A stretch of 61,751 nt of DNA, filler included. It is 5 parts of 5 records of this genome, joined end to end, with 100 filler letters (N's around TTAATTAATTAA, not from the genome) between each part and the next. Parts side by side here need not be neighbours in the genome. Positions count along the whole stretch, not along the records: positions 17,753 to 32,650 come from SRR31156797_1211; 4 more parts are not named here. One strand, written 5' to 3'. The position numbers were made by a program, and so were the translations under genes. Under the pieces are notes generated by a model, which was not told where the DNA came from, made no database searches, and worked only from the letters and a program-made list of their open reading frames with translations. Below are positions 17,758-27,317 of this stretch, in pieces; the stretch's first letter is position 1, and the number at the start of each line of letters is the position of its first letter.

Positions 17758-19011
17758 TTAGAAAAATTCCGATAAACGTTCTTTTAATTTATTCCAGAGT
17801 GTCATCTTGTTCTGACCTGAAGGGAACTTAGGTTTCAGGTTCTTTTTATTTGCCGAGTGCAGAAGTCCGATACCCGTTGCAAAGTCCGGTGTATAGTCTT
17901 CTTTCTCCAAACCGTTCATATGAATGGGGTAGCCCACCACACAGTTCATGTTGAAGATCTCTTCTCCAAGATATTCAATACCGCGAAGCAATGAGCCGCC
18001 GCCTGTCAGGACGATACCGGCATTCAATTGCATGCCTTTAATATGTTCCTTAGCCAATACGAATATCTCACGTATACGGGCTTCGATGAATTGCGAAAGC
18101 AGATCGGAATCAAGCGCCATATCCACTTTACCGTTGACCGGTTTGATATAAAATTCTTTAATGCCTTGCGCTTTAGCGATCTTTGCTGTTGCAAACCCAT
18201 ACTGTTTTTTAATGCGTTCTGCCTCAAGAAAGGATGTTGTTGCCAGTGAAGCGATATCACGGGTGATGATCTCACCACCGAAGCCGACAATATGGGTAGA
18301 GGCAAGATGTCCGTTCTTGAAAACGGTAATATCCGTCGTGCCGCCACCGATATCGATCAAGCAGACACCGAGATCCTTCTGGTCGTAAGTCAGGACCGAT
18401 TCGGCTGAAGCCAGAGGCTCGAGTATGATATCATTGACATTCAATCCGGTTTTTTGAACACAATTCACCAGATCACGTGCATTATTGATCGCCGCCGTGA
18501 TCACATGGGCTTTAAGCGCCAGCTTGCTGCCGGACATACCCAGGGGATTCTTAACGACCATCTGGTCATTGATGATATACTCCTGAGGGATCACGTGGAT
18601 GATCTCACGGTCAATACCGATATTGATATTCTTGATCGATTCTTCAAGTCGGACCATATCCTTTTCATCAATAACATTGATGTTTTTGGAGTTGTCCGGA
18701 CGATTGATCGAGATCGCGTGCTCCGCATCCATACTGCGAATATGGTCCCCGGCGATCCCGACGGTCACTCCACTGATCTTCTCAAGACCGGAATTTTCCA
18801 AAGCCTTGGTAACAGAAGATTCGATGGAAGCCCGCATTTGATCAATGTCAACAACAACACCGTTCTTCATGCCTGAAGAAGGTACCTTACCGACACCGAG
18901 GATGTGGTACTCCGAGACAGAACGATCATATTCGCCGACAATGGCGCATATCTTCGTTGTCCCGATGTCCAACGCGCTTAAAATGATCTTTTCATTCATA
19001 GCTTTACTCAT
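17758..19011 (-). CDS. ftsA: Cell division protein FtsA
   Basis: ALDIGTTKICAIVG, LIDIGGGTTD, GIVLTGGGS, position in the dcw cluster. Confidence 0.96.
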   Translation of the reverse strand: MSKAMNEKIILSALDIGTTKICAIVGEYDRSVSEYHILGVGKVPSSGMKNGVVVDIDQMRASIESSVTKALENSGLEKISGVTVGIAGDHIRSMDAEHAISINRPDNSKNINVIDEKDMVRLEESIKNINIGIDREIIHVIPQEYIINDQMVVKNPLGMSGSKLALKAHVITAAINNARDLVNCVQKTGLNVNDIILEPLASAESVLTYDQKDLGVCLIDIGGGTTDITVFKNGHLASTHIVGFGGEIITRDIASLATTSFLEAERIKKQYGFATAKIAKAQGIKEFYIKPVNGKVDMALDSDLLSQFIEARIREIFVLAKEHIKGMQLNAGIVLTGGGSLLRGIEYLGEEIFNMNCVVGYPIHMNGLEKEDYTPDFATGIGLLHSANKKNLKPKFPSGQNKMTLWNKLKERLSEFF

Positions 19012-19013
19012 AG

Positions 19014-19766
19014 TTAATCACGTACTATTACTTGCCCGTTAAAACGTAAACTCACATATCTATAATCACGCATATCAATACTGTCGCGATGCATTTTGGC
19101 AATAAATGCATCCAGGATATCAAAGCGTTTTTCTAATTCAGTTTTTCCAAGGTAGACAGGAGGATGTTCTCTGTCCTTTTGAATGACCCAGCCTTTTTCA
19201 CCCGACCAGAAAATGTGTGAACAATATGATCTGACATCAGTACTGAATCGCTCCACATAGTTGACGAAATTGATCGCATGGCGGATGTCTGGATGAAAGG
19301 TCTGTTTACCCAGTTCAAAGGGTAATTCACTGTCCACACCCGTAATGATCGGCATGGAATCCGATGGATAATTAACTGGTCCCGGTAACATGGTTGCAAA
19401 TGCATCCAATGCATAATCCTCTTTAAGCCTCAACAATGCTACCGGCTGGCGTTCTATTACATGGATATTGATAATATCCGGGAAGTGCCGGCTGATGTAA
19501 GCGTTGTAGATATATGGCTGTGAGATCAGATTTTCGATACCTTTACCAAGCTCAAGCTCGAACATATCGGCACCCTGGTGAATGCCGCTGGCCCGAATGA
19601 TCTCATCCCGGCTAAGCTCATACTGTCCGTGAACAAAAATATGGTTCACGGTAAAGACCACCTGTGACCTGCAGTAAAGCAGGGACAGGATGAACAGAAT
19701 GATAAAGGCCGAGACCTTTAAGATCTTGTTCATAAATGATCTCTTATGTGCTTTTTCAGGAAACAT
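19014..19766 (-). CDS. ftsQ: Cell division protein FtsQ/DivIB
   Basis: Single TM followed by a POTRA-like region (VHGQYELSRDEII..ISRHFPD..IERQPVA) and C-terminal LRFNGQVIV. Lies between murC and ftsA. Start uncertain. Confidence 0.85.
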   Translation of the reverse strand: MFPEKAHKRSFMNKILKVSAFIILFILSLLYCRSQVVFTVNHIFVHGQYELSRDEIIRASGIHQGADMFELELGKGIENLISQPYIYNAYISRHFPDIINIHVIERQPVALLRLKEDYALDAFATMLPGPVNYPSDSMPIITGVDSELPFELGKQTFHPDIRHAINFVNYVERFSTDVRSYCSHIFWSGEKGWVIQKDREHPPVYLGKTELEKRFDILDAFIAKMHRDSIDMRDYRYVSLRFNGQVIVRD

Positions 19767-21168
19767 TTTTTTCCTTGTATATTTTATCCGATACCTGCCA
19801 GATGTCTCCGGCACCTATGGTCATCACGATATCGTGGTCTTTAATTTCGGGAAGGACCGCTTTATGAACGTCCTTCAGTTTGCCGGCATACGTGACGTCA
19901 CTATAACCGTCTTCTTTCATCATTTTAATGAGCATTTTGCTGTTCACTCCACGAATGGGTTTTTCGCGAGCGGGATATATGTCGGCAATATAAACTTTGT
20001 CTGCTGCCTGTAATGACGACGCAAAGCCTTCGGCAAAATCCTTAGTGCGAGAAAACAGGTGCGGTTGAAAGATCACCAGAAGCCTGCGGTCGGGATGCAA
20101 TGTTCTTACCGCGGTTAAGGTTGCGTTTATTTCTGTGGGATGATGTGCATAATCATCGTAAAAGAGAATATCATTCAATTCATGACGAAGTTCAAAACGT
20201 CGTTCTACGCCCGCAAATTCCTTAATTCCTTTACCGGCACTCTTCATATCAAGATGAAGTAGATAAGCCGTTACAAGGGCTGCTGTGGCGTTTAAAACGT
20301 TGTGAAGACCAACCTGTGCAATAGAATATGAACCGATCACCGCATTATTGAAATGCACATCGAAATGGGACCCCTTATCGTATTTAATATCTGTAATGGT
20401 GAAATCCGCATCTTCGTCCGTTCCGTAGGTTATGTAAGGACGATCGATCATGGGTAGAAGTGAGCGAGCGTTCTCATCATCGTAACAAATAATGACCGAG
20501 CCGTTCTCCGGGACGCTGTTGGCATATTTCAAAAATGTATTTTTCATGTCCTGAAGATCTTCATAAATATCAAGATGATCCGCATCCACATTGGTGATGA
20601 TCGCCAGAGTGGGGGGCAGGGCCAAAAATGTGCGGTCGAATTCGTCCGCTTCAAAGATCACATAGGTTTTTGAATCCATTCTTGCATTCGTTTGCAGATC
20701 CTTGATGATACCGCCGATGAACATGGAGGGATGTGAACCGCAGGCATCCAATGCGGATGCAATAATGGAAGATGTTGAAGTTTTGCCATGCGTACCGGCT
20801 ACACCGATACGAATAGGCCATACCGATAATAGCATTCCCAGGAATTCTGCGCGTCGGATCCGTTTGATCCCCAATGCTTTTGCCTGGCGAAATTCGGGAT
20901 TATCTTCTTTGATAGCAGAGGAATAAACGACGATATCGGGTTCCTTGACATAATCCCGGTGATGACCGATACTTACTTTTGCTCCCAGAGAAACAAGATG
21001 CTTTGTAATATTGCTTTCAGTGGAATCAGATCCGCTGACTACAAATCCCAAACGGATCAGAACGTCCGCGATACCGCTCATGCCTATGCCGCCGATCCCG
21101 ATCATATGGATCTTCCTTATGGAACCGAATACTGTTGTGATCCTGTTATCTTGCATGATTAACTCCAA
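19756..21168 (-). CDS. murC: UDP-N-acetylmuramate--L-alanine ligase
   Basis: IGIGGIGMSGIA, AGTHGKTSTS, EADE, DDYAHHPTE, FQPHLFSRT. Confidence 0.97.
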   Translation of the reverse strand: MELIMQDNRITTVFGSIRKIHMIGIGGIGMSGIADVLIRLGFVVSGSDSTESNITKHLVSLGAKVSIGHHRDYVKEPDIVVYSSAIKEDNPEFRQAKALGIKRIRRAEFLGMLLSVWPIRIGVAGTHGKTSTSSIIASALDACGSHPSMFIGGIIKDLQTNARMDSKTYVIFEADEFDRTFLALPPTLAIITNVDADHLDIYEDLQDMKNTFLKYANSVPENGSVIICYDDENARSLLPMIDRPYITYGTDEDADFTITDIKYDKGSHFDVHFNNAVIGSYSIAQVGLHNVLNATAALVTAYLLHLDMKSAGKGIKEFAGVERRFELRHELNDILFYDDYAHHPTEINATLTAVRTLHPDRRLLVIFQPHLFSRTKDFAEGFASSLQAADKVYIADIYPAREKPIRGVNSKMLIKMMKEDGYSDVTYAGKLKDVHKAVLPEIKDHDIVMTIGAGDIWQVSDKIYKEKNVS

Positions 21169-22313
21169 GCATAAATATGTTTAAGTTGTTCAATGATCTC
21201 TTTAGCGATCAGCACATCTGCCTTATCTTTCCCTTCCGGGAATTTGTCAGCCATGTTCTTGAGCTTTTGGGGATCATTGATCATATTGTTCAAAGGTGCG
21301 ACCATGGGTTTATTCGGGAACTGATTTTCCTCTACGATCATGGCACAACCGAGTTTTTCAAGGGCTTTTGCATTGTAGTACTGATGATTGCCTGCAGCAG
21401 TGGGAAGCGGAACAAGAATGGCCGGGATGCGCATGCGTTCAATTTCTGCCAGACTTAAAGCACCCGCACGGGCAATGACCATGTCCGCAGATGAGTAGGC
21501 TGCTGACATATTGTCAATGAACTTCATCAGATGAATGGATTTATGCTCGCAGAATTTCTGGCAAAGCATATCAAAGCTGTAATTCCCCGTTTGCCATAAA
21601 ACCTGCAGGTCGTATTTATGTATCCAGGACCTGATGCGTTGAGAGATGTATTTATTTACATTCAAAGCGCCCTGAGATCCACCGAAAATAAAGATGGTGA
21701 ATTTATCGGGCTCCAGTCCCATGGTTTTACGAGCTTCAATTTTATCAATACGTTCAATGGACGATCTGACGGGATTACCGCTTTTGATGAAAAGAACCTT
21801 ATCTTTAATATGATCTTTGACATCTTCGTATGCATAAAAAAGTCCCGATGCCCGTTTGGCTAAAGTGCGGGTAGTAACACCCGGATAAGCATTCTGTTCC
21901 TGAACAAAAAGTGGAACGCGTTTCTTGTGAGAAATAAGGCCCGGAAGCATGGAAACGTATCCTCCGGTCGCGATCGTGGCAATGGGATCCAAGCTGCGGT
22001 AAAGTTTCTTGATCTTTACCCAGGAGATCAACAATCTGAAGGGCAAGATCAGGTTTTGCATAAATGAAGCCAAGGACAAGTAGCGTGAAAAGCCTTTCAC
22101 CGGGACCAAGGTGTAGGGATAATCGTATTTGGGGACAAGACGGTTTTCAATTCCAAAAACCGAGCCGATATAATGGCATTGAATGCGAATATCTTTCGGC
22201 AGGTCCTTAGCTTGTTTCATGATAGCATCTGCGATGGCCAGAGCAGGATAATAATGTCCGCCCGTACCGCCGCCGGTGATCACGATATTGTATGTATTGT
22301 TTTTAGAGTTCAT
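21159..22313 (-). CDS. murG: Lipid II GlcNAc transferase MurG
   Basis: GGGTGGHYYPA, GGYVS, EQNAYPG, GNPVR, GGSQGA, RAGALS, HQYYNA. Start placed at ATG 22313. Confidence 0.97.
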   Translation of the reverse strand: MNSKNNTYNIVITGGGTGGHYYPALAIADAIMKQAKDLPKDIRIQCHYIGSVFGIENRLVPKYDYPYTLVPVKGFSRYLSLASFMQNLILPFRLLISWVKIKKLYRSLDPIATIATGGYVSMLPGLISHKKRVPLFVQEQNAYPGVTTRTLAKRASGLFYAYEDVKDHIKDKVLFIKSGNPVRSSIERIDKIEARKTMGLEPDKFTIFIFGGSQGALNVNKYISQRIRSWIHKYDLQVLWQTGNYSFDMLCQKFCEHKSIHLMKFIDNMSAAYSSADMVIARAGALSLAEIERMRIPAILVPLPTAAGNHQYYNAKALEKLGCAMIVEENQFPNKPMVAPLNNMINDPQKLKNMADKFPEGKDKADVLIAKEIIEQLKHIYAWS

Positions 22314-23448
22314 GTAAAAACTCCGCTTTCTTTTGGACTTCATGCTGGGATTGTTTGACAATATTCATACATATCCCAAGCAGGGCGAGATTAACGAGTA
22401 ATTGCGACCCGCTCTTTGAAATAAAAGGCATCGGAAGTCCGGTTACGGGACCCAGTCCCACACAAACAGCCGCATTGATCAGAGCATAATAGATCAAAGC
22501 AAAGGCAGTTGCAAACATGATACCCTTGCCAAAGGGATCCGAAACGTGTTTTGCCAGACGAAGCATGGTAATGAACAGGACGACAAAGGCAATAAGTATA
22601 ATGATCGTCGTAATAAATCCCAGTTCTTCTCCGGCGATCGAAAAGATAAAATCCGTATGGGCTTCAGGTAAGAAAAGATTTTTTCCGGTACTGTTGCCGA
22701 AACCGCGGCCGAAGAAACCACCACCGGAAAGCGAGATCAAGGATTGCCTGATCTGATAATTTCCATTGCTGATGTCTTCGGGATTGAGGAAAGCAACGAT
22801 ACGTGCGCGACGATAAGGAGATATCCAGATATAAGCTGTACCGGCAATGGTTAAAAGTGCAGATACAAAACCCAATTGAGCTAAAGAGGCACCGGATATA
22901 TAAAGGGTCGTGGCAACAATGATGAACAAGGAAAACGCCGATGAGAAATCAGGAGTTAAAGCGATCATTGCAATAAGCAGCATTGAGATGATCATGACCG
23001 GCATCAATCCGCGTTTGAACTGTCCAAGCGTATCTTTATGATTTGAAATGTAGGTTCCCACATAGATGATAAGTGTGAATTTTACGATCTCTGCCAACTG
23101 AAAAATATTCCTTCCACCAAGGGAAAGCCAACGCATGGGAGATGTAATGCCAAGTGTAAATTTTCTGATCAAGGTCATGGCAAGCAGAGCGAAAGTGATA
23201 AGGATAAATAACCATGATAGTTTCTTAAAAACCTTATAATCAATTAGATAGAAAACAAAACCGACCATGATCGCCAGCACGAGATATTTGATATGGCTCT
23301 CAAAAAAGCTGTTGGCATTGCCATCAATATTAAAGGCAACCCGCGAGCTTGCGGAGAACAGGATCAGCATGCCGCCCAGGATCAACACCAGCAAGGTGAT
23401 GGCAAAGAGCTTAAAACTTTTTGGATATTCTATCTTATTCGCTTTCAT
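22303..23448 (-). CDS. ftsW: SEDS peptidoglycan polymerase FtsW
   Basis: Multi-TM protein with RW, YQIRQS, LPEAHTDFIFSIAGEELG and TGLPMPFIS. Confidence 0.95.
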   Translation of the reverse strand: MKANKIEYPKSFKLFAITLLVLILGGMLILFSASSRVAFNIDGNANSFFESHIKYLVLAIMVGFVFYLIDYKVFKKLSWLFILITFALLAMTLIRKFTLGITSPMRWLSLGGRNIFQLAEIVKFTLIIYVGTYISNHKDTLGQFKRGLMPVMIISMLLIAMIALTPDFSSAFSLFIIVATTLYISGASLAQLGFVSALLTIAGTAYIWISPYRRARIVAFLNPEDISNGNYQIRQSLISLSGGGFFGRGFGNSTGKNLFLPEAHTDFIFSIAGEELGFITTIIILIAFVVLFITMLRLAKHVSDPFGKGIMFATAFALIYYALINAAVCVGLGPVTGLPMPFISKSGSQLLVNLALLGICMNIVKQSQHEVQKKAEFLHEL

Positions 23449-24799
23449 TTCCCAGGTCCATGATCGTTTTTACGATCTGTTTAAAATGATCTCCTCGTTC
23501 TTCGAAATTCTTGTATTGGTCAAAACTTGCACAGGCGGGTGATAGGAGAATAGCATCGCCGGGATGTGCTTCGCTAAAAGCGTTCATGACCGCTATTTTC
23601 AGATCTCCGCAGGGCATGGGAGAGAATTCTGATAATTGTTCAATGATCTTGCCGCTGGCTTCGCCGATTACATAGATCTTATCTTCTTTACTCAGATAAG
23701 GGGCAAGTTCTTTAAAATCACTGTCTTTATCACGTCCACCCAGTATTAAATGAAGCGGAGATTTAAAGCTTTGAATGGCCATTTTGACCGAATCGGTATT
23801 TGTACCCTTAGAATCGTTATAAAATCTGATATTGCCTGCTTCACCGGCGAATTCTATGCGGTGAGGAATGCTTTTAAAATTCTTGAGTGAATCAAAGATA
23901 CCTTGATGATCGTCAACAAAGGGTGAAACGGCAGATGCGGCAGATGCAATATTATATTCATTATGTATGCCGAATAACTTGATATCTTTTTTCTCCAATT
24001 CATGCCATTTTTCGTTCAATTTGAAAGAAAAGGTCTCTCCATCGAAATACGCTATGGAATCCGGCAGTTGTTCTTTAGAGACGGGGATAACGTAAGCTTT
24101 TGTTTTGGCATGTTCGTTGATAACCTCATCGTCCCGGTTCAAAACAGCATAATCTTCTTTTTCCTGATTGATCAGGACACGGCATTTTGTCAATGCGTAA
24201 TCCAGGAAAGAATCATAACGATCCAGGTGATCAGGAGTGATATTCAGCAAAACGGCGACATTCGGGCGGAAGTCCTTGGTGGTTTCCAATTGAAAAGAAC
24301 TGACTTCGGTCACATACATGGGATGTGAGCCGCTGACGATGGCTGTGTAGACAGCCTGTGAAAATGAATGACCGATATTTCCGCATGCGATGGCGGGAAT
24401 TCCCGACTTTTCAAGCATATCGGCGATCAGTGTCGTGGTTGTTGTCTTGCCATTGGAGCCGGTCACTGCAATAATGGGACTTTCTGTAAACCAGCTGGCA
24501 ACTTCAATTTCGGAGTAAACGGGAATATCGCGTTCATACAGCATTTGTACAACAGGGGAGGTGGTCGGTATACCTGGGGAGAGGATCACGAAATCTGAGT
24601 TTAAAATTCTATTACTGTGTTGTCCGAATTCATATTCAATTTGATGCTCATTAAAGATGGCGATCAAGTCATCTGAGCGACTTTTTTCATTGCTGTCGCT
24701 GACCAGAACCTTTGCATCTTTATTGGCAAGCAAGATGGCAGCGGAAATTCCACTGCGTCCGGCGCCTAAAATGGTGATGTTCTTATCTGTTACGAGCAA
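23435..24799 (-). CDS. murD: UDP-MurNAc-L-Ala--D-glutamate ligase
   Basis: GAGRSG, AVTGSNGKTTTT, EVSSFQLE, PDHLDRY, NDSKGTN, LSPACASFD. Confidence 0.97.
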   Translation of the reverse strand: MLVTDKNITILGAGRSGISAAILLANKDAKVLVSDSNEKSRSDDLIAIFNEHQIEYEFGQHSNRILNSDFVILSPGIPTTSPVVQMLYERDIPVYSEIEVASWFTESPIIAVTGSNGKTTTTTLIADMLEKSGIPAIACGNIGHSFSQAVYTAIVSGSHPMYVTEVSSFQLETTKDFRPNVAVLLNITPDHLDRYDSFLDYALTKCRVLINQEKEDYAVLNRDDEVINEHAKTKAYVIPVSKEQLPDSIAYFDGETFSFKLNEKWHELEKKDIKLFGIHNEYNIASAASAVSPFVDDHQGIFDSLKNFKSIPHRIEFAGEAGNIRFYNDSKGTNTDSVKMAIQSFKSPLHLILGGRDKDSDFKELAPYLSKEDKIYVIGEASGKIIEQLSEFSPMPCGDLKIAVMNAFSEAHPGDAILLSPACASFDQYKNFEERGDHFKQIVKTIMDLGNESE

Positions 24800-24811
24800 T
24801 TTATTTTCCTC

Positions 24812-25915
24812 TTATCGGATTTTGAATGTTGCCATTGACATAAGGGCACATAGAATACCCATGATCCAGAAACGGATGACCACTTTGGATTCCGGCCAGC
24901 CTTTCTGCTCAAAGTGATGATGCAAAGGCGCCATCAAGAACAAGCGCTTGCCTGTTCCGGTCCGCCTTTTTGATATTCTGAAGCTGCCAACCTGTAAAAC
25001 AACGCTTAAAGCTTCAACTACAAAGACCATACCTATCATTAAGAAGACGATCTCTTTTTTCAAAAGAATGGCAACCACACCCAAAGCGGCGCCATATGCC
25101 AAAGAACCGGTATCACCCATGAAAACTTCTGCCGGTCGGGAATTGAACCAGAGAAAACCGACCAGTCCACCCACCATAGCGGCAAGATAAACGGTCAATT
25201 CACCTGTCGTAGGCAAGTAGATGATGCCCAGATATTCCGAAAAGTCAACACGGCCTGAGAGGTAAGCGATACCCAGCAAAACAAAGGATGCCAAGGCCAT
25301 CAGACCCGCGGCAAGCCCGTCAAGTCCGTCAGTTAAGTTCACTGCATTGGAAAAACCGGTAATGTAAAGAATAACCATTGGAGCATAGAATATCCCGAAG
25401 TTGACCAAGACATTTTTAAAGAATGGTACTGATGTTGCGGTGATCATATTGGGATCTGAAGGATAGACATACATAAAAAGTGCTACAACGATACCGATAG
25501 CGATCTGACCCATCAGTTTATAACGGGCAACCAATCCTTTTTTCATTTTTTTAACGACTTTCAGATAATCATCGATAAATCCGATAGCTCCCATCCAGAA
25601 CGTGACGAACATGGTAAGCAGAACGTATTTATTGCTAAGGTCGCCCCAAAGCAGAGTAGGAACAAACACAGCAAGATGGATGATAAGTCCGCCCATTGTG
25701 GGTGTGCCGGCTTTTACATGATGTGTTTCGGGGCCGCTTTCGCGGATCGTTTCACCAATATGATTCTTTTTTAAGGCGCGAATGATCACAGGACCCAGAA
25801 AAAAGGTGATCAGTAGAGCCGTAATGGCCGCAGCGGCCGAACGGAAAGAAATATAGCCCAACATATTCAGCCAGGAGATTTGATCGCGCAATGGATATAG
25901 CAAAAGATAAAGCAT
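24812..25915 (-). CDS. mraY: Phospho-MurNAc-pentapeptide transferase
   Basis: KAGTPTMGG, GFIDDYLK, NAVNLTDGLDGL, FMGDTGS, MAPLHHHFE. Confidence 0.98.
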   Translation of the reverse strand: MLYLLLYPLRDQISWLNMLGYISFRSAAAAITALLITFFLGPVIIRALKKNHIGETIRESGPETHHVKAGTPTMGGLIIHLAVFVPTLLWGDLSNKYVLLTMFVTFWMGAIGFIDDYLKVVKKMKKGLVARYKLMGQIAIGIVVALFMYVYPSDPNMITATSVPFFKNVLVNFGIFYAPMVILYITGFSNAVNLTDGLDGLAAGLMALASFVLLGIAYLSGRVDFSEYLGIIYLPTTGELTVYLAAMVGGLVGFLWFNSRPAEVFMGDTGSLAYGAALGVVAILLKKEIVFLMIGMVFVVEALSVVLQVGSFRISKRRTGTGKRLFLMAPLHHHFEQKGWPESKVVIRFWIMGILCALMSMATFKIR

Positions 25916-25916
25916 A

Positions 25917-27263
25917 CTACATATCCTTTATGAGAGATATGACCTCTTCAATGGCCACGCCGCGCGAACCTTTGAAGAGGACGATATCCCCGGGTTTCAT
26001 TGCGGAATTTAATGCTTCCGCAAGGTCGTTCTTGGTCTTGAAATGCTCTGCATAAGATATCCCGGCTTCTTTGGCGGATGCAATGGTGTAAGCACTGTCG
26101 TTTCCGTAGCAGAAAAGATGGGAAATGCCGGCTTCAACAACTTCTTTGCCCACTGTTTCGTGGGAAGATCGGGCTTCCACGCCCATTTCGAGCATATCAC
26201 CGAAGACCATCAGCTTCTTACTCTCTGTTCTCATTGCCTTCAGAGCCTCAATGGCATTCTTAACCGAGAATGGATTGGCATTATAAGTATCATCGATCAG
26301 GATCATATCATTCCAGGACTCCATTTTTCCTCGTCCTGCGCCGGCTTCATAGCTTTCAATGGCAGAGATGATCGTATTTTTGCCCATTCCCAGTGTCAGT
26401 GCAAAGGCGTAAGCCGCCACGGCGTTCAATGCGGCGCCTTTACCACTGCTTTTCAAGTGTATATTCATTTCTCTGTTCGAAAGGATATAGCATCCTTTCT
26501 CATCTATGTCGATGATATCAAGCTTGATATCTGCATCTTTCTCTAATCCGTAGCTGATCCTTTTTCTTTTATCGGTCGGATAAGCTGAAACCCGAGGGTC
26601 ATCATTATTTACAAAGAGCGTCCCGGATGCTTTTATAGAGTCAAATAGCTCGTATTTTGCTATCTGTACATTTTCTATAGAGCCCATGCCGCCAATATGC
26701 GCATGTGCAATGGATGTGATCATACCGTAATCGGGAGGGACGATCTTGCAAAGGTTTTTGATCTCACCGATCCCGGACGTACCCATCTCGATCACAGCGA
26801 TATCTTCTTTGCCCGTCATTCCAAGAATAGTGATAGGCAAACCGATGTGATTATTGAAATTCTTTGGTGTTTCGGCTACTTTCATCGAGGTTCTGAGAAT
26901 ATGCGAGACCAATCGGCGTGTAGATGTTTTGCCTGCCGATCCGGTGATGGCTAGAATGGGCATGTTCAACTCTGATGCGTATAAGGACGCCATATCAACA
27001 AGGCCTTGATAGGTGTCTTCAACAATGATCAGAGCTTCGTTTCGATCTGCTGTTTCAGCATATTCTTTATTAACCAATGCCGCAACAGCACCGTTGTTGA
27101 GCGCTGTGCCCACAAAACGATGACCATCCGTATGTTCACCTTTCAATGCGCAAAAGATATGGCCTGCAGGGATGGTTCGGGAATCTATGCTGACTCCGTT
27201 GAACTCTGCAACGCTGACCTTACGCAAAGTGAAAGGCCCGTGATGTAATTGTGTCATCTTCAT
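25917..27263 (-). CDS. murF: UDP-MurNAc-tripeptide--D-Ala-D-Ala ligase
   Basis: SIDSR, ITGSAGKTST, NFNNHIGLP, DDTYNANP, GDMLEMG, KGSRG. Start placed at ATG 27263. Confidence 0.96.
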   Translation of the reverse strand: MKMTQLHHGPFTLRKVSVAEFNGVSIDSRTIPAGHIFCALKGEHTDGHRFVGTALNNGAVAALVNKEYAETADRNEALIIVEDTYQGLVDMASLYASELNMPILAITGSAGKTSTRRLVSHILRTSMKVAETPKNFNNHIGLPITILGMTGKEDIAVIEMGTSGIGEIKNLCKIVPPDYGMITSIAHAHIGGMGSIENVQIAKYELFDSIKASGTLFVNNDDPRVSAYPTDKRKRISYGLEKDADIKLDIIDIDEKGCYILSNREMNIHLKSSGKGAALNAVAAYAFALTLGMGKNTIISAIESYEAGAGRGKMESWNDMILIDDTYNANPFSVKNAIEALKAMRTESKKLMVFGDMLEMGVEARSSHETVGKEVVEAGISHLFCYGNDSAYTIASAKEAGISYAEHFKTKNDLAEALNSAMKPGDIVLFKGSRGVAIEEVISLIKDM

Positions 27264-27275
27264 CGTTTTTAGGAT

Positions 27276-27307
27276 CCCCGGTGCTGAGAGAGCTCTCAGC
27301 ACCGGGG
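27276..27307. repeat. Perfect 15-bp inverted repeat between murE and murF
   Basis: CCCCGGTGCTGAGAG-AG-CTCTCAGCACCGGGG. Confidence 0.9.
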
Positions 27308-27317
27308 TGGTAGAGGG

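Noticed and set aside
19014-21168. Absence of murB and ddl between murC and ftsQ
   Set aside because: This arrangement is common in FCB-group dcw clusters. ftsZ is missing only because the contig ends.
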